DNA of 63,778 nt, filler included, from Octopus bimaculoides (lineage: Eukaryota): assembly GCF_001194135.2 (NCBI RefSeq). It is 8 parts of 8 records of this genome, joined end to end, with 100 filler letters (N's around TTAATTAATTAA, not from the genome) between each part and the next. Parts side by side here need not be neighbours in the genome. Positions count along the whole stretch, not along the records: positions 49,000 to 56,606 come from NW_026347077.1; positions 56,707 to 59,825 come from NC_069005.1; positions 59,926 to 62,330 come from NC_069004.1; positions 62,431 to 63,778 come from NW_026330399.1; 4 more parts are not named here. One strand, written 5' to 3'. Position numbers and translations under genes: made by a program. Below, in pieces: positions 54,068 to 63,778 of this stretch; position 1 is the stretch's first letter, and each line of letters starts with the position of its first letter. Below the pieces are notes generated by a model, which was given only the letters and a program-made list of their open reading frames with translations, ran no database searches and had not been told where the DNA came from.

Positions 54068-54262
54068 AAACAAGGTAGTCAAAAAATGTGGAAAAGCCAT
54101 ATATGCCAGCCCTGACAGAAATGTAACGAAGAATTCAGTTCGTATCACCCATGTCAATAAGACTTCAGGTTCATAGTGACCAAGTTTAGGTTGTTTTCGC
54201 ACAATTTGGACTAAATTAGCCACTAACCACAGGCAGAAGTTCCCAAGAACAAAGTAAAGAAA
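54068..54262 (-). CDS. Internal exon of the same gene (FLYFVLGNFCLWLVANLVQIVRKQPKLGHYEPEVLLTWVIRTEFFVTFLSGLAYMAFPHFLTTLF)
   Basis: Acceptor ttttcttttcttttcttgacag, donor TTT|GTAAGT, 195 nt, phase 0-0. Confidence 0.88.
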
Positions 54263-54544
54263 CTGTCAAGAAAAGAAAAGAAAATGATCATTAGTTATAT
54301 ATTTAATAAAACAAATCAGAATTAAAACAATTATTATTAGAAATAACTGGAACAGTATAACCTCAAAAATGATGTAGATCCAACAGAGAATAGTCAACAT
54401 CATTGTTTTACATCCACAGTGTTATAACATTTCTAATGATATTTTATTCTGCAGAGGCAAAAATGAAGGATATCAATGATCCTCACCACATGATATTCAT
54501 CTCTCTCTGTCTCTCTCTCTCTCTGTCTAAGTGAGAAAGAGAGA

Positions 54545-54700
54545 GAGACAGATTCTGTTGGGAGGGTGTGAGGTGAATCCGTGGAAAAGGAGAACCTAGG
54601 AAGACGTAGGACAAAGTGGTGAAAAATGACCTTCAGATGTTAAGCAATTTGCAAAACTTGAGAAGACCTGTCCATCTAAGTAATCTGGACATCCTAAAGG
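54545..54700 (+). mobile_element. Degraded RTE 3' end
   Basis: ggagaacctaggaagacgtaggacaaagtggtgaaaaatgaccttcag resembles RPRKTW.EVVK.DL; similar to 20380-20600. Confidence 0.55.
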
Positions 54701-55188
54701 CATGTTGTTTATACCTCTGTCCTTGAAAAATCTCTCCTCCATTCACTTTATCTCCCATTCTTGCAATTTTGCTTCCACACAATCTGTCTTTCAACATGTT
54801 CCTCACACCTCCTCCTTCTCCCTGTATTCAGTCACTGCATTTTCCTCCCTTTTATCTCCAATACATGTGAGCTTACCTGCCCATTCACCCTATCCAATCT
54901 TCTGTACCACTTTACTTATATACACTCCCTTGTAACTTGATGGTATACCCCAACCCATTGTCACCATCTCTCTCACTTGTCTCCTGGGTTAGACCTTCCT
55001 AAGATTTAAAGGATAATGTAAAAATCAAGATGCTTTCCCTCACAACCTTGCTACTTAGCAAATGGCTGGTCAAAATTTATTCTAATTTAAAAAGGGAAAG
55101 AGAAACAATCAAACTTACATTTGTACATATACATGCATACATACAACCTATAAAATGTGACTTTGTAGCAGTATTTACTCTACCCCAC

Positions 55189-55265
55189 CTGGATACACAC
55201 CGTACCTGCAGACACTCTCACACATACACGTACCTGGTACAAAGAACAGAAAATCAAACATGTCA
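55189..55265 (-). CDS. Possible short upstream exon of the membrane-protein gene (TCLIFCSLYQ[VRVCVRVSAGTVCIQ])
   Basis: Phase-0 donors GTACGT (exon end 55234) or GTGGGG (exon end 55189). Hydrophobic, and the length matches the equivalent helix of module 2; weak acceptor. Confidence 0.25.
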
Positions 55266-56720
55266 CTGTTCATGACAATGACAACAACAAATGATTTAAG
55301 GTTGCAATTGAGTTTCAAGTTATCACTTGCTGAAGTTCCTTATCTTCTAGGAACTACAAATAGTGAAAACATGGCAGGGATTGATTATATCAAGGAATAA
55401 GGAATCAAACTCATTCTAAAGATGATATACACTACAGAAAATTAAGAAAATTAGAAAACGATAGGGTGAGGGAGGAGATTACGATGGTTCCACTAAAATA
55501 AGCAGAATATTATTCAACGTACACTAGATTTTGATTATGGAATCAGTCAAGGTGTTCATTTTCAACTATCAGTTTCTGCTTTGACTCTACAAGAAGTCAG
55601 TATCATCGTTCATGAGAAAACTACAGAAACATAATTGAGATAGTTTATGTACATACAGTTGGAGAAGGAAGATAAGAAAGCTAAAAAAATCTACAGTACA
55701 TAATTAAAAAAAAAAAAAAAGGATCCTATGATGAATAGAAAAAGGAGAGGCAGAAAAAAAAAACTGGGTAATCTAGCATGACAATGCACTGTGAATAGAA
55801 CAAACAGCAGCCATAATTAGTGAAGTCAAAATGGAGCAAAACAACACATAGAAGTAAAGAACTTTTTGATAGCTGAGTGGGGACCAGCCCTAGTTAAGTT
55901 GAAATCAGAAGATACACTTGTAATGCACAGTGACAGGGTGTGTTTACCAACTCTGGCTATTTACTCCTTAGTTAATCAGATATGATGAGTATTCTATAAC
56001 TATGAATGTGGAATTAAGACATTGCTGCTAGCACTCTGGTACAACCAAATCTACTTCACAATATATGACCTCATATTATCCATTTCTAGTCTGTAACATG
56101 CACTCTGGCTTTTGTCAATTCATTTTGTCCGTTACATTTTACCTTTTCACTTGTTTCAATCATCAGGCGGCCATGCTAGGGCACTGCTCTGAAGGGTCTT
56201 AGTGAAATCAATAGATCACAGGACTTTTCTTNNNNNNNNNNNNNNNNNNNNNNNNNNNNNNNNNNNNNNNNNNNNNNNNNNNNNNNNNNNNNNNNNNNNN
56301 NNNNNNNNNNNNNNNNNNNNNNNNNNNNNNNNNNNNNNNNNNNNGGGGGGGGGGTCAAAGACATACAGAGAGTTATATATTTTATATAGAAATGGCGATT
56401 TCTGTCTTTTTATCTGTCTGTCTATCGCTATCTTGATGCCCAAACCAGGGAACCAATCTTCAAACTTTGTATACATGTCAAACTAACATCCAGTTCAATT
56501 GTAGGTGAATTAGATTTCACTAAAAATCAATGATGGACTGACTTATTACATGATAAAATGAGAGGGGTGCAGAAGTGTCAGGTTCAGGGAAATGTGGCAT
56601 AATGAGNNNNNNNNNNNNNNNNNNNNNNNNNNNNNNNNNNNNNNNNNNNNTTAATTAATTAANNNNNNNNNNNNNNNNNNNNNNNNNNNNNNNNNNNNNN
56701 NNNNNNATATTAAATGGTCA

Positions 56721-57054
56721 TTAACCTTTTAGCATATAAACCCACCGTTTATCAGGCCCTCAACTCGTTTTATGTTTCAAACAAGCCTGATCCAGCCTTT
56801 CACTCTAAGCCTACAATGTCATTCTAGAAATAAACAACATCACCGGAATCTCAAAGCCACAAGATGGTGCACGATTAATTAAAAGCAACGTGAACAAATA
56901 AGCATTACATTTGACAGAGTAATCTGAATGCTAAAGGGTTTAACTGGCCGCATCTAGCCTCTCACACCTACCCTACAATGTCATTCTCATAATAAACAGT
57001 CGTGAATAAACAAACATTACATTTGACAGAGTAATCTGAATGCTAAAGGGTTAA
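56721..57054. mobile_element. piggyBac-type MITE with a duplicated right half
   Basis: TTAA-CCTTTTAGCAT at the left; ATGCTAAAGGG-TTAA at 57040-57054 and a second right end at about 56927-56943. Confidence 0.7.
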
Positions 57055-57295
57055 TGTTATACACTAAATTGGGTTATCCACAAGACAATGTTGTTTTTCT
57101 TATGTCGGCGTGTAGAGGAGGGTGAATGGAGATGTCGAATTTGTAAATGAGGAGAAATACATGAAAAAAGAGAACGATGGAACCACTAGTCTACATCATA
57201 ATTCTATAATAACCATTCTTATTATTCTATATTACCAGATCTAACAGATGTTTGCCTTTGCGTTTCACTTCTTTCATATAATTTTCGTTCACAGT

Positions 57296-57721
57296 AAGGC
57301 GGTGAGCTGGCAGAAACGTTAGCACGTCGGGCGAAATGCTCAGCGGTATTTCGTCTGTTTTTACGTCCTGAGTTCAAATTCCGCCGAGGTCCACTTTGCC
57401 TTTCATCCTTTCGATGGGGTTGATTAAATAAGTACCAGCAACGCACTGGGGTCGATGTAATCGACTTAATCCCTTTGTCTGTCCTTGTTTGTCCCCTCTA
57501 TGTTTAGCCCCTTGTGAGCAATAAAGAAATAAGAAACGTTAGCACGCCGAGCGAAATGCTCAGCGGTATTTCGTCTGCCGCTAAGTTCTGAGTTCAAATT
57601 TCGCCGAGGTCGACTTTGCCTTTCATCCTTTCGGGGTCGATAAATTAAGTACCAGTTACGCACTGGGGTCGATATAATCGACTTAATCCCTTTGTCTGTC
57701 CTTGTTTGTCCCCTCTATGTT
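57296..57721 (+). mobile_element. Two tandem young family A SINEs
   Basis: aaggcggtgagctggcagaaacgttagcacg..gagttcaaattccgccgagg..aatccctttgtctgtccttgtttgtcccctc, repeated twice. Confidence 0.88.
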
Positions 57722-59036
57722 NNNNNNNNNNNNNNNNNNNNNNNNNNNNNNNNNNNNNNNNNNNNNNNNNNNNNNNNNNNNNNNNNNNNNNNNNNNNNNN
57801 NNNNNNNNNNNNNNNNNNNNNNNNNNNNNNNNNNNNNNNNNNNNNNNNNNNNNNNNNNNNNNNNNNNNNNNNNNNNNNNNNNNNNNNNNNNNNNNNNNNN
57901 NNNNNNNNNNNNNNNNNNNNNNNNNNNNNNNNNNNNNNNNNNNNNNNNNNNNNNNNNNNNNNNNNNNNNNNNNNNNNNNNNNNNNNNNNNNNNNNNNNNN
58001 NNNNNNNNNNNNNNNNNNNNNNNNNNNNNNNNNNNNNNNNNNNNNNNNNNNNNNNNNNNNNNNNNNNNNNNNNNNNNNNNNNNNNNACATACATACATAT
58101 ATACATACATATATACATACATACATATACACACATTTCGTTTTCTGTTTTCGTTTTTATGTTTTCGTTTCTCGTTGTGTTTAACGTTTTTCTGTGATGT
58201 CCTGTACCCATATATTACATGTATGTACACATGTAGATGTAGGTATGTAACATATATGTATGGATATATGCATATATTTATATATTATTTATATTATTCT
58301 GCTATTTTATTTCCACGGCGGTGCATCAGCATGGCCGCAGCTCTGAGCTGAAACTATAAACAACATACATACATACATACATACGTACATAGATACACAC
58401 ATACATGAATAATACATACATAAATACACACATACATGCATACGTACATACATATATACATACATACAAAAATACATACATACATACGTACATACATACA
58501 TACATAGACGCTGACATAAACAACCAACAACAAATTATAAATAAGCATCTGAACAAACGAGAAATATTAATGGCAACATGAGTGTTTAAATGTGTTAGTA
58601 TTTAAGCGTTTAAGCGATTCTCTTGAAATGCCTAACGTTTCGGGCATTGGAATGGATCCCCTTTCGAGTATACGACAGATTCAATTTGTAAGTGGCAAAG
58701 TCGAAATATGCAAAACTTCACGAACATTCAACAGCCAGTTCGTTAGTGTTGTCGTTGTTTGAATTCCTTCGTTTTCTTAGCAACCAGAGCTGTTCTTTGG
58801 AGGAGTAGGAAGCGGAAGGGGGGTGGGGTGGAAGGAGAAGAGAGAGAGAGAGAGAGGGTGGGGTTTCAAGGAATTTAGAAAACCAAAGTAACACATTTTG
58901 TATGCACGTATGTGTGTGTGTGTGTGTGTGTCTGTGTGTGTGGTGTGTTGGAATTACAGATATATGCTTGTAAATTAATATTCGTCTTCTCTTTCGTTGT
59001 ATGGCTCTCTCGACTGCCACTCTATCTGTGTGTCTG

Positions 59037-59117
<81 letters not shown>

Positions 59118-59283
59118 ATCTATCTATCTCTGACTCTATCTCTCTCTGTCTAAGCTGTCAGTGATCAAAGAACACGAAAATCTCACGAATATCTGCATCA
59201 TTCCTTCCCTACCATAAGTATGCTTGTTCCCCTGCATGGCCACAGTCTAATAACTGGAACTAAGTAAAAAAAAAAACAAGAGA

Positions 59284-59317
<34 letters not shown>

Positions 59318-59556
59318 CTGCTGTGTAGATTTAAAATACAGACAAACAGACAGACAGACAAATGTTCGTATGCGTATATGCGGCCATCAGTTATTAAACA
59401 ATGTCCAAAGAGATTCACACGTATCGCTTATTGTTACGAACGTACTGACCTCACGCCACCTCATGCATACGTAACTGACGCAACGGGCATCTACGTTGGA
59501 TTTACACATTGCTCCCCGCCTATGCATGTATGTATGTATGTATGTATGTATGTATT

Positions 59557-59697
<141 letters not shown>

Positions 59698-59702
59698 GTC
59701 TG

Positions 59703-59765
<63 letters not shown>

Positions 59766-59778
59766 GTCTGTCTGTCAG

Positions 59779-59823
<45 letters not shown>

Positions 59824-59925
59824 TTNNNNNNNNNNNNNNNNNNNNNNNNNNNNNNNNNNNNNNNNNNNNTTAATTAATTAANNNNNNNNNNNNNNNNNNN
59901 NNNNNNNNNNNNNNNNNNNNNNNNN

Positions 59926-60105
59926 TAAATTCTCAATCGCAGGATAATGCTAATAATATAGCCTGAACAGGATAAGCTACCCCTATTTTGCAGAAAAAAG
60001 TGTAGGTGGTTAGCTAACCACCCACGTACACTTTTTTCTGCAAAATAGGGGTAGTTTATCCTGTTCAGGCTATATTATTAGCATTATCCTGCGATTGAGA
60101 ATTTA
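59926..60105. other. 180-bp near-perfect palindrome
   Basis: 79-bp arms with 1 mismatch; the centre ggtggttag/ctaaccacc is itself a perfect palindrome, followed by a 4-nt bulge. Confidence 0.92.
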
Positions 60106-60559
60106 AAATCACTTATATATATATACATAAATATACATACATACATACATACATACATACATACATACATACATACATACACACACTCACTCTCTCTCAC
60201 ACACATACACACATCTATATACATACATATGTGTGTTTGTGTGTGAATGTGAGTGAGTGTGTGGGGATGTGTATGCGTATGTATATAAATACTTTAGGTA
60301 AAAGCTGTAAACTTAAGAATGCGTTATAACTCTGAAGTTCACGTTTCCGATCTTCAGACGAGAACGTGGCAAAGGAAACATTAGTAAAGTATTAAAATGC
60401 AACAATAAATATCAATGAAAGTAATTTGAACGTATGAAACGAAGCTTACCCACAGTTTTGGAAACAGCTCGTTTCGTTAAACAAATTGTGTGACCGTTAA
60501 AGTAAATATAAACATAACCTGACGTTAATTAATCAATAAATAAATAGCTAAATGAATGG

Positions 60560-60649
60560 GAGCAGAGATAGCGATAAGGGGAGAGGAAAGAGTAGTGAGA
60601 GAAACGATGATGATGATGAGAAGAAGAAGAAGAAGAAGAAGAAGAAGAA

Positions 60650-60680
<31 letters not shown>

Positions 60681-61053
60681 AAGAAGAAGAAGAAGAAGAA
60701 GAAGAAGAATAAGAAGAAGAAGAAGAAGAAGCGTGTGTTTGGGAACAGAGTTGTTGAATAGATTTTATGAGTGTTGAATGTAAACATGTGAAAAATTAAT
60801 TAAATAAATATATAAATAAACTGGGAAATGCAGGGAAAAGGTGGGGGTGCATAAGTAGAAGAGGGGGGAGGAAGGAGAAGAAGAGAAATAACAGAATAAG
60901 AATGAGGTTGGGAAAGAAGTAGAAAGAAAAGGGAAAGAGGAGAAGAAGGAGGAGTAAAGGGAGAAGTAGGCGAGGAAGAAGGAGAGAAATATGAGAAGAA
61001 AAGAAGAATACAAAGAGGAGAAAGATGAGGAAGTAGAAGTAGTGGAGAATAGA

Positions 61054-61105
<52 letters not shown>

Positions 61106-61245
61106 TAATAATAATAATGATAATAATAAGATGTTGGTGATGATGATGATGATGAAAAGGAAGAATAGATGAAGAAGAATAAGAAAGAGTAGAAAAAGAG
61201 GAGAAAGAATAAAATAAAGAAGTAGAATAATACTACTACTACTAC

Positions 61246-61277
<32 letters not shown>

Positions 61278-61403
61278 TGATGGTGATGATGATGATGATG
61301 ATGATGATGAAGAAGAAGAAAAGGAAGAATATATGAAGAAGGATAAAATAGAGTAGAAAAAGAAGAGGAGAAAGAATAGAATAATAGAAGTGGAAGAAGG
61401 ATC

Positions 61404-61452
<49 letters not shown>

Positions 61453-61975
61453 GAAGAAGAAGAAGAAGAAGAAGATGACAATGATGAAGAAAATGAAGAA
61501 AGATTGTGCTAGAACGGCAGGGATGGATATGGAGGCAGCTTAAAAAATGTAGCATTTATTTGAAATGAAATAAATATGAAAAAATGTAAACGATTGATGA
61601 GACAATGTCCAGAAAATGCTTGGAATTACGAAATTAGTGAATATGGAGCATTGTACGTACTTGCTTGTATGTATGTATGTATGTATGTATGTATGTATGT
61701 ATGTATGTATGTATGTATGTATGCATGGATGCATGCATGCATGCATGTATATATGTATGTATGTATGTATGCATGTATGTATGTATGTATGTATGTATGT
61801 ATGCGCAAGTATGTATGTATGTATGTATGTATACATGTATGTATGTGTGCATGTTTGCGTGCATGTTTGTATGCATGTATGTGTGTCTGTATGTATGCAT
61901 GCGTAAATGTAAGTATATGTCTGTATGCATATATGTATGTATGTGTATATGTCTGTATGTGTGTATGTCTATGAA
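60560..61975. repeat. (AAG)n, (AAT)n, (GAT)n and (ATGT)n microsatellite complex
   Basis: Visible tandem runs; source of the poly-K/F/Y and MYVC ORFs. Confidence 0.95.
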
Positions 61976-62061
61976 TTTTTAAATATGCATATGTGTGCAT
62001 ATATACATATACAAATGTTCTGGAAGGATTCCGACCACCCCTCAAGTGACTAAAGGTGGAG

Positions 62062-62105
62062 TGACTCATTGATATAAAGTAAAGAATTGTGAGCGATTGA
62101 TAGTT
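62062..62105 (+). promoter_or_regulatory. Candidate core promoter: AP-1 site, TATA box and initiator
   Basis: TGACTCA at 62062-62068, TATAAAG at 62073-62079, and Inr-like GATAGTT with A at 62102, 29 nt after the TATA start. Confidence 0.5.
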
Positions 62106-62260
62106 CGGATCGGTAAGCAGTTCACTGTGAGCCGAAATTGAGAGCGTTGAGTTTCGTGTAATATTAATAGTAGTGCGTCGTGTGAATACTTACCTGCCAC
62201 CCTGTTTCGTTAAATTACATATCCAACATAAAAGGAAACAAAAACAAACCTTTCGTTAAA

Positions 62261-62285
62261 ATGGAATTCTCTGAACTCCCACATT
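62261..62285 (+). CDS. Candidate first coding segment (MEFSELPH) of a gene continuing off the right edge
   Basis: First ATG after the putative TSS, aaaATGG context, followed by donor GTGAGT at 62286 (phase 1). Confidence 0.45.
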
Positions 62286-62290
62286 GTGAG

Positions 62291-62330
<40 letters not shown>

Positions 62331-62546
62331 NNNNNNNNNNNNNNNNNNNNNNNNNNNNNNNNNNNNNNNNNNNNTTAATTAATTAANNNNNNNNNNNNNN
62401 NNNNNNNNNNNNNNNNNNNNNNNNNNNNNNTCTATGCTGGCTTTTCTAAGGTTGGAAATGGCAACACTCTCTTCATACTAACACCAAATGGTAAAACCCA
62501 CAATATGTTTCATCTTGCTGCTTTACATTGATCTCAAAACGTCACA

Positions 62547-62913
62547 GTGATACACGATTCTGATACAGACTTACTCGTGATACAAAATTCTGATACAGAC
62601 TTACTCGTGATACAAAATTCTGATACAGACTTACTCGTGATACAAAATTCTGATACAGACTTACTCGTGATACAAANNNNNNNNNNACAGACTTACTCGT
62701 GATACAAAATTCTGATACAGACTTACTCGTGATACAAAATTCTGATACAGACTTACTCGTGATACAAAATTCTGATACAGACTTACTCGTGATACAAAAT
62801 TCTGATGCAGACTTACTCGTGATACAAAATTCTGATACAAACTTACTCGTGATACAACATTCTGATACAGACTTACTCGTGATACAAAATTCTGAAACAG
62901 ACTTACTAGTGAT
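62547..62913. repeat. 30-bp minisatellite (GTGATACAAAATTCTGATACAGACTTACTC), about 12 units
   Basis: Near-identical tandem units with no spacers, interrupted by a 10-N gap. Confidence 0.95.
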
Positions 62914-63676
62914 TCAATGAAAGTACTGCATTGGCGAGTCCATAAGATACACGAATTAGTGTTATTCGCAACTACGAGTGACTTTAAAAATATTCATCTA
63001 TCGGAAATCAATAAAACCAACATTATAAACAATGATATGTATGTCAGAAGTGACGATATTTTCAACAGGAAAATGCAAAGTATTCTCTTGATTTTAAGCT
63101 TCATAATTCGTTGATGTGATTAAACATTCGCTCGCATTTAAATCTCGTAGGATACGATTCTTCAAACCTGTTAAATATAAATATTTAAAAATACAAATGT
63201 AGATAGCATAGACATATATGTGAAATATATTGAATGTATGGTATATCAATGAGTTTATTCGATAATATTTTCGAGTTTAATACTTTAATGATGGCAGCAA
63301 TTTTTCAGGATACGATGATAGTTATATTTGATTTTAAATATATCTTGATATCCCTGACATATTTTGTATGTATGTGTGTGTCTATGGATATTCCTTTCCT
63401 GTGTTACATTTTTCACATAATACTCATTATTTTCCACACAAATGATTTAGTTTTCACCTGGTGCTACAATCATTTTTATTTTTATTACTCCTATTATTTT
63501 TAACGATTACTTCGCTCTTAAATCTCCTTGTTTCTTCTTCACTTATTGCATCTACTAATACTAATTATTAAATAATATTCACTTTTCTTCCTCTACGTTT
63601 CCTTATTCATCTCTTTCTTTTCTTTCTTCTCTACGTTCATCTTTATCAACAACTATATTTTATTATACCCCTTCAG

Positions 63677-63702
63677 ACAGACGCAGCTGCCTTATCGCCA
63701 TG
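63677..63702 (+). CDS. 26-nt micro-exon ending in ATG ((Y)RRSCLIAM)
   Basis: Very long pyrimidine tract, acceptor cccttcag, donor ATG|GTGAGA; phase-1 start is in frame with 62261-62285. Confidence 0.55.
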
Positions 63703-63778
63703 GTGAGAAACTATGAAAAGAAAGCGAATATTTTTATCTCATTATTATAATTTAAGAAAATGTACAAAAAATAAATAC

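Noticed and set aside
62186-62196. U1 snRNA gene (ATACTTACCTG)
   Set aside because: Only the first 11 nt match; the following sequence lacks U1 stems and the Sm site.
62547-62913. CRISPR-like 30-bp repeats
   Set aside because: No unique spacers and no cas genes; eukaryotic context.

Overview
Repeat-rich, AT-rich, gapped animal genomic DNA. The SINE, RTE-tail and microsatellite content looks like an octopus/cephalopod draft assembly (inference). It is not prokaryotic: I see no rRNA, true tRNA gene or CRISPR array. Almost all ORFs in the supplied track are microsatellite or N-gap artefacts. The real coding signal lies in small spliced exons found by hand. (1) A minus-strand membrane-protein gene (exons 54262-54068, 51137-50997, 49761-49588) that appears to carry two tandem TP53I11/PIG11-like 4-TM modules. 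(2) An unidentified plus-strand gene (exons 18802-18896, 24353-24430, possibly 9718-9856). (3) An unidentified minus-strand gene (exons 26440-26336, 25945-25850) converging on it across 1.4 kb. (4) A probable TATA/Inr promoter and first two exons of a plus-strand gene at the right edge. Mobile DNA includes a decayed Tx1/L1-clade LINE, an R4/Dong-type LINE end running into a (TAA)n tract, CR1-like and RTE 3' ends, a mariner with TIRs, a Tigger/pogo remnant, a piggyBac-type MITE, fold-back palindromes, tRNA-derived SINE arrays and a Penelope-like end with a degenerate hammerhead motif. Seven TTAATTAATTAA/N scaffold-join spacers mean long-range order is not fully reliable. I found no demonstrably new biological system; the best leads are the tandem TP53I11-like gene, the convergent unknown gene pair, the hammerhead-like motif and the dsRNA-forming inverted repeats.
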